Source: a virus
Taxonomy: Duplodnaviria > Caudoviricetes
Reading direction: 5' to 3' (one strand)
Length of the DNA: 37,562 nucleotides
Virus record (IMG/VR): IMGVR_UViG_3300014208_000084
Coordinates: 1-37,562 of that record
Of this stretch, positions 25,960-35,233 are shown piece by piece; the stretch's first letter is position 1; each line of letters begins with the position of its first letter. Below the pieces are notes generated by a model. The model saw only the letters and a list, made by a program, of their open reading frames with translations. It searched no databases and was not told where the DNA came from. The translations under genes were made by a program, and so were the position numbers.

Positions 25960-28900
25960 ATGGCAGATCAAGTTCTTGGCATTAAAATAAAGATTGATTC
26001 CGAAACCGGCAAGCTTACCATTCTCAATAAAGAGCTTGATAATCTGAAAGACTCATCAGCTAAAGCATCAACACAGCTTTCCTCCCTAGACGGTACGATG
26101 GCAGCTATTAATATAAGAATGGTTGGCGTGGTAGCGGCAGGGTATGCAGCTAAGAATATTTTTGATATGACTGTTGGCTCCGGGATAGCTCTTAACTCAC
26201 AGTTTGAGCAGATGAAGCTTGGGATCGCATCACTCATCGCTGTAAACAGTTCCAATGTAACAGCCATGGGCCACTCAATAACTACAGTACAAAAATTCCA
26301 AATGGCTCAAGCTCAAGCGGCAGAATCAGTAGAATTGCTTCGTAAAGCAAATATTCAAACTCCGGCAACTCTCGCACAAATAACCGAAGGGTATCAGGCT
26401 GCACTTGGACCCTCACTGCGACTCGGGCTCTCTACAAAACAAACGGTAGAGTATGTCAAGCTCATGACAATGGCTGCAGCAGCTATGGGCGCACCAATGA
26501 ATCAAATCGCGCAAGAGTCGCGGGCGCTATTATCCGGTGAGATTGATATGAATGCTCAAGTAGCGCGAAATCTTCAGATCACTAATGAACAGATCAAGAT
26601 GCATACTCAGCAGGGGGATTTATACGAATTTCTCACCAAAAAGCTGGGCGACTTTGCCGCTGGCGGAGAGGAAATGTCAAAGAGCTGGGAGGGGATCAGT
26701 TCAAACATTATTGACTCGATAGAAGGAATTCAAAAAAAAGCAACCGAAGGGATATTTGAGAATTTAAAAGCAGATGGGGTTGATCTGCAAACAAAATTAA
26801 CAGAAAATGCCGACAATATTGCGGATACTTTTGCACGTGGGTTTTCAAATATATATCTTGCTGCAGCTCCTGCCGTTGAAGGTATCTATCTCGCCTTCAG
26901 CATCGGGTTTCAATCGATTGATGTTTTATTAAATACATTTGTTGGATTATTTGGTGGCGCAATTGACGATATGAATGGTAAATACAGAGAGCTAGGTTTC
27001 TTTGATTATTTAACCCTTGGTGTTGTTGTGGCAATAGAAGGCATTCGGCAACTTGGATCAGCTGGGTTATCTGTTATCACATTTCTTGGAAGCATGATGA
27101 ATACATTTCAAGGGATTACGCTTAATGCTTTTGCAGGAATCGCTGGGGCTATGGGTAAGCTTACCGATATGGTTGGACTCGATGGGAGTAGCTTTTATGC
27201 ATCGCAAGCTTATTGGGTAGCAAAATCCAATGCCGTAAAGTCTGATGGACTTTTAATAGACCAAACTCAAAAAGAAATTTTAGGGGATATGGCTAAAGGC
27301 GCTGATCGTCTAGCACACTCATACAATCAACTAGCGCTTAAAAAAAATGTAGCCTCTAGACCAGTTAGCCAAGATAGCCTTCTTTCAAAACCAAAAGAAG
27401 CAGATTCTCCCACAGCAGCTGAACTTGCAAAAGCCAAAGCAAAACGAGAGAAAGAAGAGAGAGAAGATGCAGCCGATGCCAAAAAAGAGGCTGAAATCCA
27501 AAAAGGCTATCTTGAATCTTATGCAGAAATGGAAGCAAAATCCGCTATTGCACAGTATGAACTAGATTTATGGTACATCGATGATCTCGCGTCACGACAG
27601 GCGAGTTCTGCCCTTGCAATTTTTGACATGACCCGTTCAGAAGCCGACAAAATAAACGATCAGTATCTTTCACTTTACGAAACATCGGGCTCTCTTTTTG
27701 ATGAAACTACGATGACTTCATTTTTTACAAAGTGGCAAGAGTCAATCGACGGCATTAAATCAAAAATGGATTTTAGCGCAAACATAGAATTTGATCCAAG
27801 TATGATGGATGGTTTGCAAAAAGCGGTAGCTGGGGTTGGGAAATCCATGGGGCAACTTCAAAAAGAAGATGAGCAGTATAACGCTAACAAATTGCTATAC
27901 GCCAAAGGCTCAAAAGAGTACGCCAAAAACGAAGAGGATCATACCCAAAGCCAAATAGCTGGATACTCAAATCTAGCAGGTGCTGCATCTGCAATGTTTG
28001 AGCAGGGGAGTAAAGAGGCTCAGGCATTTACAACTATACAAGCAGGCTTAGCGATGGTTAATGCAGTGACCGGTATCGCAAAACAATCAGAGCTACCATT
28101 CCCTTACAATATCGCCGCAATGGCAGGAACAGCCGCAACCGTATTCAGCTTTTTAAGTAGTGCGGGGATATCTGGACATGGTAGTGCTTCAAGCTCATCT
28201 AGTGCTTCTGCATCAATCCCAAATAGCGGTACAGTACTAGGAGACAGCGCAAAAGTATCCGAAAGCACAACTGCAATCACCGACCTTTTAAGCTCAATTC
28301 ACGTATCTGAATATTCACAGCTCAGGGATATTAATCGCGCTGTTACTTCAATGTCTCAAAATATTTCAAGTGCAATTACGAACATATTTAGGGCAGGAAC
28401 ATTTGATACAAGTGGGGTAAAGCTCACAACAGTAGAAAATGGCATTACTTCATCAATGGCCAAAGTAGATTCATTCTTTAGCAAGTTATCAGGTGGGAAT
28501 ATTGGATTTGATCCTATAACAAGCTTTGCCAATGGACTCCTTGCTTCAATAGGACTTGGCGGAAGCTCAAAGCAATATATAGCAGGGAGCGGATTTGGAA
28601 TTTCAAGCGGTACGCTAGGAAGTAAACAAGATGCTTCAACCCTTGGAGCGTATAAATATTTAGACGTCGAAACAGCATCAAAAAACTTTTGGGGCTCTGC
28701 TTCATACTCTCACAATATCACCAATACTGCACTAGATAGCGCATCATCTCAATCAATAGCTCTGATTTATAAATCATTCAACGATACGATGATGAGCATT
28801 AATAAAGGGCTTGATGCAAATCTAAGTAGTGCCATTTCAGGATACCAATTTAATGCTATAAGCCTTAATCTAAATGGATTAAGCAGTGATGATGCTATTA

Positions 28901-29547
28901 AAAAGCTAAACGACACATTTTCGGCTCTTGGTGACACCATGGCGAATGATGTATTCGGCTCAATTCTCGACCAATACCAAAAGCTCGGCGAGGGTATGCT
29001 CGAAACAGCAGTGCGCGTCATCACTGAAAAAGAAGTTTTATTACAAGACCTCGCAAACGTGAATAAAACAATTACTGGCGACGTTATCAGCATTACGCAA
29101 AGTCTTGTAGACCTATCAGGCGGATTGACTAAATTTAGCGATGCAAACTCCTCTTATTTTGATAATTATTTTACTGATGCGGAAAAATCAGCTACGTATC
29201 AAAAGAACCTTTCCGCTGTTTACTCTTCCATGAATTTAGCTATGCCATCCACTGTAACTGGATTTCGTGCGCTCGTTGATAGCCTTGACTTAAACACTCT
29301 TAGCGGTCGCGAAACATACACTTCATTAATGAATATTGCAGATGCTCAAAAGACTTATATAGATAGCTTGAAAGAGCTTAGTAAGATTTCACTTGCTAAC
29401 GATATGCTCCTTCCAAAAGTATCAAGTGTCGCAACAAATGACAGTACAGCAATCAACAATCAACTCTTAGTTCAAGTTGTAAAAACCCTCAAATCAATAC
29501 GAGACAACGCACTTTATAATATCTCAAATCCACTGGGGGCATTTTAA
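25960..29547 (+). CDS. Tape measure protein
   Basis: 1195 aa, Ala/Ser-rich helical, canonical position. Confidence 0.92.
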   Translation: MADQVLGIKIKIDSETGKLTILNKELDNLKDSSAKASTQLSSLDGTMAAINIRMVGVVAAGYAAKNIFDMTVGSGIALNSQFEQMKLGIASLIAVNSSNVTAMGHSITTVQKFQMAQAQAAESVELLRKANIQTPATLAQITEGYQAALGPSLRLGLSTKQTVEYVKLMTMAAAAMGAPMNQIAQESRALLSGEIDMNAQVARNLQITNEQIKMHTQQGDLYEFLTKKLGDFAAGGEEMSKSWEGISSNIIDSIEGIQKKATEGIFENLKADGVDLQTKLTENADNIADTFARGFSNIYLAAAPAVEGIYLAFSIGFQSIDVLLNTFVGLFGGAIDDMNGKYRELGFFDYLTLGVVVAIEGIRQLGSAGLSVITFLGSMMNTFQGITLNAFAGIAGAMGKLTDMVGLDGSSFYASQAYWVAKSNAVKSDGLLIDQTQKEILGDMAKGADRLAHSYNQLALKKNVASRPVSQDSLLSKPKEADSPTAAELAKAKAKREKEEREDAADAKKEAEIQKGYLESYAEMEAKSAIAQYELDLWYIDDLASRQASSALAIFDMTRSEADKINDQYLSLYETSGSLFDETTMTSFFTKWQESIDGIKSKMDFSANIEFDPSMMDGLQKAVAGVGKSMGQLQKEDEQYNANKLLYAKGSKEYAKNEEDHTQSQIAGYSNLAGAASAMFEQGSKEAQAFTTIQAGLAMVNAVTGIAKQSELPFPYNIAAMAGTAATVFSFLSSAGISGHGSASSSSSASASIPNSGTVLGDSAKVSESTTAITDLLSSIHVSEYSQLRDINRAVTSMSQNISSAITNIFRAGTFDTSGVKLTTVENGITSSMAKVDSFFSKLSGGNIGFDPITSFANGLLASIGLGGSSKQYIAGSGFGISSGTLGSKQDASTLGAYKYLDVETASKNFWGSASYSHNITNTALDSASSQSIALIYKSFNDTMMSINKGLDANLSSAISGYQFNAISLNLNGLSSDDAIKKLNDTFSALGDTMANDVFGSILDQYQKLGEGMLETAVRVITEKEVLLQDLANVNKTITGDVISITQSLVDLSGGLTKFSDANSSYFDNYFTDAEKSATYQKNLSAVYSSMNLAMPSTVTGFRALVDSLDLNTLSGRETYTSLMNIADAQKTYIDSLKELSKISLANDMLLPKVSSVATNDSTAINNQLLVQVVKTLKSIRDNALYNISNPLGAF

Positions 29548-30998
29548 TGAAAGTCCTAATCCCTGATACTTTTACTCTTGTATCCTCAACCGTTCCGATT
29601 AATGAAGCTCCAATATTTATCAATAAAATTTATTCCATTGGAAATAAAGTAACTTTTAATTCAGGGGTATACGAACGACTTACAAATATCGATACATTCG
29701 TACCATTCGATAGTAAAAAAATCTATCAAAATGGGGACACTGCATCATTCAGTTCATTAAATTATATTTGTAATAATTACCTAGCTTTTAATGCTCCAAA
29801 TATTGATACGTCAAGATGGTCGGCAGTTTCTATAACTGCTTACGCATACTCACACTCGTATTCGGTTGGTAATGTAGTCTCAAAAGATAATAGGAACTAT
29901 TTGTGTTTGACGGCACACACTTCCCCCGCTATTGATACGATACTACCGTGGGTTTCAGGTAAAGCATCATCATATTACACTGGCGGTATGTGTTCATATA
30001 ATGGACAATATTTTCAAATTAAACTCACTTTTACAGCAGGCTCTTGGGGTTCAACTTTTATTCCAAGTACATATATCTATTCATCTTGGAATATTATTAC
30101 AGCAACAATGATACTGCCTACAAATTCAACATATTGGGCAGACATCACAGATCATTCATTCTTAGATACTACATTTTATACATCCGGAACTGTCTTAAAT
30201 TATCTAGGAAATGTTTATAAATGTATCTTAGATAGTGCGATGCCTACTCCAAATACAGATACTACTCGGTGGATGATTTCAGCTTCAACTCTTCCAACTA
30301 ATACAACCGATTGGAAACTCATAGAAACGACCAATAGATATAAAATGTTTGACCAGTATTTTAAAACAATGACAACCTATAACGGGAATATCGAAGTAAC
30401 ACTGACAGATATAAATTTCAATGCTATTTATTTGGGAAATATTTTTGCTGATTCAGTATTAATCGAAGTAATAAATAATGATACCTCATTAACGATTGAA
30501 ACTAAAGATATTGATTTAACGGTTGACTGTGTAGATATTTTTGATTATTTTTTTGGTGACTGGATAGATTATCGTAACCCTACTGTCAAATATGAGAGAA
30601 CATCAGTTTTTAATAATGTATCGGCTCGAATTACATTTAGAGGCGATTTTGTACAAGTCGGAATTTTTGTAATAGGAAAATCTTATTTTATCGGATCAGA
30701 GGCGTGGGGTGTAAAAATCGAAGCCCTTGATTTCTCAACAGTTACGGAAGATACAGGAACCGGAGAAGTTTATTTACAAGAAGGTGCAGAATTAAAAGTT
30801 AAATCGATTGATTTATGGGTCGATACGACAGCTCTTAAAACTATTGATAATGTGCTCCAACGCGCCAAAGGAAAACCCGCTGTTTATATGTCACAAAATG
30901 AAAACGTAGATACATACGGATTTATCAGAAAAAAAGAGGAGACATTAAAAATGCCTACAAAATCACTCATATCTATTGACGTAAGGGAATTACTATAA
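29547..30998 (+). CDS. Tail tip/distal tail protein with five CBM5/12-like modules
   Basis: Repeated Y..G..V...G..Y.C...P.....W motifs; conserved-looking TNRYKMFDQ and C-terminal beta domain. Confidence 0.7.
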   Translation: MKVLIPDTFTLVSSTVPINEAPIFINKIYSIGNKVTFNSGVYERLTNIDTFVPFDSKKIYQNGDTASFSSLNYICNNYLAFNAPNIDTSRWSAVSITAYAYSHSYSVGNVVSKDNRNYLCLTAHTSPAIDTILPWVSGKASSYYTGGMCSYNGQYFQIKLTFTAGSWGSTFIPSTYIYSSWNIITATMILPTNSTYWADITDHSFLDTTFYTSGTVLNYLGNVYKCILDSAMPTPNTDTTRWMISASTLPTNTTDWKLIETTNRYKMFDQYFKTMTTYNGNIEVTLTDINFNAIYLGNIFADSVLIEVINNDTSLTIETKDIDLTVDCVDIFDYFFGDWIDYRNPTVKYERTSVFNNVSARITFRGDFVQVGIFVIGKSYFIGSEAWGVKIEALDFSTVTEDTGTGEVYLQEGAELKVKSIDLWVDTTALKTIDNVLQRAKGKPAVYMSQNENVDTYGFIRKKEETLKMPTKSLISIDVRELL

Positions 30999-32680
30999 TG
31001 CAAATATTGCCAACACTTTCAAACTTTCATGTTGCTCCTGACCTTTCAAGTGCGCTTACTCTAAAGCAAAGGCTAACTGATACTGTAGGGGATATTGTCG
31101 GGTTTGTGCCTCAAATCCAAGCTTTAATCGTTGCACAAAATATTTTATCTACTGAGATACACAATGAAGCTGTTATAGCATCTGCACAAGCCTCTATCGC
31201 CACCACAAAAGCAGCCGAAGCCGTACAATCAGCACTAAACGCAACTAACAACGGTGCTGCACAAACTGCCCTCGCAACAATCCAAGCCGCCAATGCCGCC
31301 GCATCTGCAAACTTCCAAGGGTCGCATACAGGACAGCTTACGGTTATTGGCCAATCGTGGGCGTATGCTGGGAGGATTTATCGTGTTTTAGTCGCTGGTA
31401 CTGCGAGTCCTGTTGTGACTCCTGCAAACTGGATCGAGGTAAAACTCACTACGTCGGTCACGGCTACTACCATCGGAACTATCGGAGCATACGGCTTTGG
31501 GGTTGGGATTGCTCCTGAGACTTTGGTTTCTTCATTCGGACTTTTGAAGATGGGCGGATATGATGATTATATGTCGGATAACTACGGAAACTACATGGAC
31601 GCTACGGGTTCGGTAATGGTTTTTATCCCAAAATTCTATACCAAAATAACCAATGACATCACATCACCATACAACGGTACAAAAGTGGAAGTGTCCGATA
31701 CTCCTCAAGCAGGATTCGTAATTCATCGTGCGTTTGTGAACAATGGGGCTATCCAAGACGGGTTCTTTTTTGACAAATATCCTTGTGGAAAAGTAAACTC
31801 TAAATTTGTCAGTAAGCGTAATATTGATCCGGCTTCAACAGCTTCCAATAAAAATCCAATTCTTGGAATTACAGGAGTAACAGCCAATACGTATGACAAA
31901 GTTTTCCAAGCGGTAAAATCACGCGGCGCTAACTATGCTGTTCCTACGATGTTTATGTACAACGCGCTCGCCTTGCTCTCTCTCGCACATGCTCAGTCTG
32001 CTACGGTATCAACTGCACAATGGATGGATGTTGCTCCCTATGCTCCAAAGGGGTGCAATAATAATGCCCTAAAAGATGTTAATGATGCAACGGTTGTCTA
32101 TGTCACTTCCGGTAATGCTACTTATCCAACTGCACCTCTTAATGCTTCATGCTCGGACAGTGTTTTTGCGAAGATTACACATAATGGGCAACGATGTGGA
32201 ATCGCTGATCTAAATGGAAATATGTGGGAAATTGCAAGCGGGTTTATTCAAAGCACAGCAGATACTTTCCATATTTTAAAAGAGTCTGTTGATATCAAAG
32301 CCCTGACAGGTCTTGTCGTGGGGGATGCGACAGATAACTGGAATATTGCAAACTATGATCCTCTTACGTTACCGTTTGTCCCTGATGAAACACAAACAAC
32401 TTTTGGAAGCGGGACATCTGCTGTATTTAGCGGAAGTATTGATACAGCAAGCAACGATTACCGACTAGATATGTGCGGAGTCCCACTCTCTATGGGCGGT
32501 TCTCCTGCCCGTTTTGGTGGTGACGCTCTCTACAAATACTCAGCTGCCTCAATGTGTCCTGTCGTCGGCGGGGGTTGGTTCTATTCTTCGCTTGCGGGTG
32601 TGTGGGCTCGCCATTGGAGCGGTGTTCGGTCGCTTTCGAACAACAATGTGGGCGGTCGCGCCTGTCTCTTGGGAGCATGA
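30998..32680 (+). CDS. DGR target: tail fibre / receptor-binding protein with C-terminal CLec (FGE-like) fold
   Basis: Ala-rich coiled N-terminus, GFFFDKY and GIADLNGNMWE motifs, and VR encoding GGGWFYSSLAGVWAR...NNNVGGRA. Confidence 0.9.
   Translation: MQILPTLSNFHVAPDLSSALTLKQRLTDTVGDIVGFVPQIQALIVAQNILSTEIHNEAVIASAQASIATTKAAEAVQSALNATNNGAAQTALATIQAANAAASANFQGSHTGQLTVIGQSWAYAGRIYRVLVAGTASPVVTPANWIEVKLTTSVTATTIGTIGAYGFGVGIAPETLVSSFGLLKMGGYDDYMSDNYGNYMDATGSVMVFIPKFYTKITNDITSPYNGTKVEVSDTPQAGFVIHRAFVNNGAIQDGFFFDKYPCGKVNSKFVSKRNIDPASTASNKNPILGITGVTANTYDKVFQAVKSRGANYAVPTMFMYNALALLSLAHAQSATVSTAQWMDVAPYAPKGCNNNALKDVNDATVVYVTSGNATYPTAPLNASCSDSVFAKITHNGQRCGIADLNGNMWEIASGFIQSTADTFHILKESVDIKALTGLVVGDATDNWNIANYDPLTLPFVPDETQTTFGSGTSAVFSGSIDTASNDYRLDMCGVPLSMGGSPARFGGDALYKYSAASMCPVVGGGWFYSSLAGVWARHWSGVRSLSNNNVGGRACLLGA
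32552..32665 (+). repeat. DGR variable region (VR)
   Basis: 114-nt ungapped match to 33127..33240 with 15 mismatches, all opposite TR adenines. Confidence 0.95.
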
Positions 32681-32705
32681 TATGACGCACGATAGTGTGG
32701 CGTAT
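32680..32705 (+). other. Candidate DGR target-recognition hairpin with GATA loop
   Basis: Imperfect stem ATATGACGCAC-GATA-GTGTGGCGTAT just downstream of VR. Confidence 0.45.
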
Positions 32706-33101
32706 AGGTTTCCTGAGGGTAACTTTTATCGGAAGATGGTGATGTTTCTCAAACAGCTTAATCTCTATTTGAACCATTTTCCTAGCCATGAAAAATTTGG
32801 ATTGGCTTTAGGCATCCGAAACGATGCGTACATAATATTTGATCTTATGGTCGAGGGTCAAAAGCGGTATTACAAAAAAACATCCTTGACTGAACTGGAT
32901 GTCGCAGTAGAGCGATTACGAATGAAACTCTTGCTTGCGTATGAGTTGGGATATTTTAGTCATAAGACTAAAACAGATACCGTCGTAACGTGTGCGATGC
33001 TCTCTGAAAAACGGTATGGAGTGTTAAGCCTCCAACTCGATGAGATAGGGCGTATCGTAGGCGGATGGATCAAGAAGGTCAAGGAAGAATTAAAATGGTA
33101 A
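32682..33101 (+). CDS. avd: DGR accessory variability determinant (Avd-like four-helix bundle)
   Basis: FPSHEKFGLALGIR...KKTSLTELD...LR...EIGRIVGGW pattern; GGAG RBS before ATG 32682; lies between VR and TR. Confidence 0.9.
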   Translation: MTHDSVAYRFPEGNFYRKMVMFLKQLNLYLNHFPSHEKFGLALGIRNDAYIIFDLMVEGQKRYYKKTSLTELDVAVERLRMKLLLAYELGYFSHKTKTDTVVTCAMLSEKRYGVLSLQLDEIGRIVGGWIKKVKEELKW

Positions 33102-33126
33102 ATCGAAGGGTGCTATCTTATATGTT

Positions 33127-33240
33127 AAGTGTCCTATCGTCGGCGGGAATTGGAACAATTCTTCGCTTGCGGGTGTGTGGGCTCGCAATTGGAACAATGT
33201 TCGGTCGAATTCGAACAACAATGTGGGCGGTCGCGACTAT
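33127..33240 (+). ncRNA. DGR template repeat (TR)
   Basis: Intergenic between avd and RT; ten AAY codons in the VR frame; no third-position A. Confidence 0.95.
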
Positions 33241-33363
33241 GATCTTTTCTGTGAATCGTAGGATACGAATGAGAGATGATAGGGAGATAGCATCCCTGCA
33301 TAGCAAAAATATTATCCAATCCCTCAACTGTGGTAGTACAAACGAAGCTTTTAGGGGGAATAT

Positions 33364-34323
33364 ATGAAACGTATCGGCAATCTATTCGACCATTGTTTTA
33401 GCGAAGATAATCTCTATATGGCTTACATCGATGCTCGAAAAGGGAAACGGGCTAAAAAATCCGTTATTGAATTCGAGAAATCATTAGGCTCAAATATTGA
33501 GTATCTTCGCCAAAGCATTGCAAACTCCACGTATTGCCCTAAGCCTTATACAAAATTTATCGTATATGAACCAAAAGAACGAATCATTTATGCGCCTCAT
33601 TTTAGTGATGTAGTCGTACAGCATGCTATCTATCGAGTGATTTATCCTATCTATGATGCAACGTTCATCCGGCAGTCACATGGATGCCGTAAAAACCACG
33701 GGACACATAGTGCCAGTGCTTATACCCAATGGGCATTACGTCAGTGTGATGACGATGAATATCTGCTCCAACTGGATATACGCAAGTTTTTTTACAGCAT
33801 TGACCGAAATATTCTTGGAGTCTTGATCGAAAAGAAGATCAAAGATCAGCGGCTATTAGCAATGATGAAAATGTTTATGTGCATGGAGGACAGTGAAGTA
33901 GGAATACCCATCGGAAATCTACTCTCTCAGCTCTATGCACTGATCTATCTAAATCCAGTTGACCATTTTATCAAACGGGATATTGGATGCAAGCTGTACG
34001 TGCGCTATGTAGATGATTTTATCCTCTTTGGGCTAAGTCTCGAAGAGGCAAGGGCTATCAAGGTTCTTATCGAGAGCTTTATCAAAAAAGAGCTCAATTT
34101 GGAATTTTCAAAAAGCACGATCCAAAAGATAAGAAAAGGAACTAATTTTGTTGGGTTTCGTACTTTTAAAGGATTGAAGCTCGTTAGAAAACGAAGTATG
34201 TACAACTTTCGAAAAGCATTTAAAAACAATAAAACGGAGGCACTGGCAAGCATGATGGGACACGCAAAGGGAACACAAACACTGAAATATTACACATCAA
34301 TAATGGAGAAGAGCAATGGTTAA
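33364..34323 (+). CDS. DGR reverse transcriptase
   Basis: MKRIGNLF start, EPKERII, DVVVQHA, LDIRKFFYSI, GIPIGNLLSQ, YVRYVDDF and FVGF motifs; no maturase or endonuclease domain. Confidence 0.95.
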   Translation: MKRIGNLFDHCFSEDNLYMAYIDARKGKRAKKSVIEFEKSLGSNIEYLRQSIANSTYCPKPYTKFIVYEPKERIIYAPHFSDVVVQHAIYRVIYPIYDATFIRQSHGCRKNHGTHSASAYTQWALRQCDDDEYLLQLDIRKFFYSIDRNILGVLIEKKIKDQRLLAMMKMFMCMEDSEVGIPIGNLLSQLYALIYLNPVDHFIKRDIGCKLYVRYVDDFILFGLSLEEARAIKVLIESFIKKELNLEFSKSTIQKIRKGTNFVGFRTFKGLKLVRKRSMYNFRKAFKNNKTEALASMMGHAKGTQTLKYYTSIMEKSNG

Positions 34324-34678
34324 ATATTATACGGTCACAACGGGTGTGAAAAATGAAATCGTACAAAGCGTCAATCATCATCGATTTAATAACGGTGAGA
34401 TTGTCAATGTTGCTGATAACGTTATTCGTATTGAAGCCGATGAGAAGTTGATCGCTGAATGGTTGGGGGTACAGAACTGTGATCCTGTTGAGTATCCAAC
34501 TTATGAGCAAGAAAACTATAGCGCGTTGAGACAAGTGGGGTATCTACCAATATCAGAGTATATCGACGCTAAAACAAAACAAGCATCTTCTGACCCTATC
34601 ATATATAAAGCAGGGGTATATCAAGAAGAAAATTATCATGCTCATAATTTAGCAGTAAAAATGGAATATCCGAAATGA
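34316..34678 (+). CDS. Putative tail fibre assembly/accessory protein
   Basis: LRQVGYLPISEYIDA...VKMEYPK resembles C-termini of tail-fibre-associated proteins. Confidence 0.55.
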   Translation: MVKYYTVTTGVKNEIVQSVNHHRFNNGEIVNVADNVIRIEADEKLIAEWLGVQNCDPVEYPTYEQENYSALRQVGYLPISEYIDAKTKQASSDPIIYKAGVYQEENYHAHNLAVKMEYPK

Positions 34679-34971
34679 AAGCCTTAATATTAGCCGTTCT
34701 ACTAGTTATAAGCGCTATAGCGTTTGAGCAGGATAAAGTAAAACACTTTGCAGGTTCTATGGCTATTGCAAGCCTAGGAAGTGGATTAGCTAAACACTAT
34801 GGATCAAGCCCAGTAGAAGCTTGGTTTATTGGGTTTGGTACATCTATTATCGTAGGTATCGCCAAAGAGCGTATAGATGGAAGTGGATATGGCAGTGAGG
34901 ACATCCATGATGTCTACGCAGATACATTAGGTGCCTCCATAGGAGCAACCTTATTCTCATTGGAGTTTTGA
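34675..34971 (+). CDS. YfiM/DUF2279-like membrane protein
   Basis: DKVKHFAGS...GIAKERID...DVYADTLGA signature; signal peptide. Confidence 0.7.
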   Translation: MKALILAVLLVISAIAFEQDKVKHFAGSMAIASLGSGLAKHYGSSPVEAWFIGFGTSIIVGIAKERIDGSGYGSEDIHDVYADTLGASIGATLFSLEF

Positions 34972-34972
34972 A

Positions 34973-35233
34973 ATGAAAAAAGTAATGTTGGCTGTAATGT
35001 TAATGATGATGGTAGTAATGAGTGGGTGTACACCCGCAACGGTTGATTTTATAGAGTCAATGCAAGTTGATGGACAGCATGAGAAAGCATTGGAGTTCTT
35101 GGGTGATGAGAAGGGTACGCTTGTTTATAAGGCAACTCCTAAAGCTAAAGAGTGCCTACGAGCAAAGATGGTAGAGCGTGGGTATTATCTTGTACAGGAT
35201 GATATTGATTGTTTTGATAATGAGGTACGGTGA
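34973..35233 (+). CDS. Small lipoprotein
   Basis: MKK-hydrophobic-MSGC lipobox. Confidence 0.7.
   Translation: MKKVMLAVMLMMMVVMSGCTPATVDFIESMQVDGQHEKALEFLGDEKGTLVYKATPKAKECLRAKMVERGYYLVQDDIDCFDNEVR

Noticed and set aside
536-29093. Numerous antisense/shadow ORFs in the track (e.g. 536..856, 3032..3325, 7721..8074, 17357..17683, 24514..24864, 28767..29093)
   Set aside because: They lie opposite well-supported genes and lack an RBS or recognisable motifs.
29547-30998. Second DGR target
   Set aside because: No TR-like sequence was seen here or elsewhere in the window by eye; a BLASTN of TR against the genome would be decisive.
32514-32681. N-terminal extension of the avd ORF (195-aa call)
   Set aside because: It is an alternate-frame read through VR; the RBS and Avd-like sequence begin at ATG 32682.
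33065-33367. 100-aa ORF and antisense ORFs over TR
   Set aside because: These are frames of the non-coding template repeat and spacer; their similarity to the 32514 ORF only reflects the TR/VR repeat.
33364-34323. RT as group II intron, retron or Abi RT
   Set aside because: No maturase/HNH domain or msr-msd is evident, and the adjacent avd and adenine-specific TR/VR pair identify a DGR.
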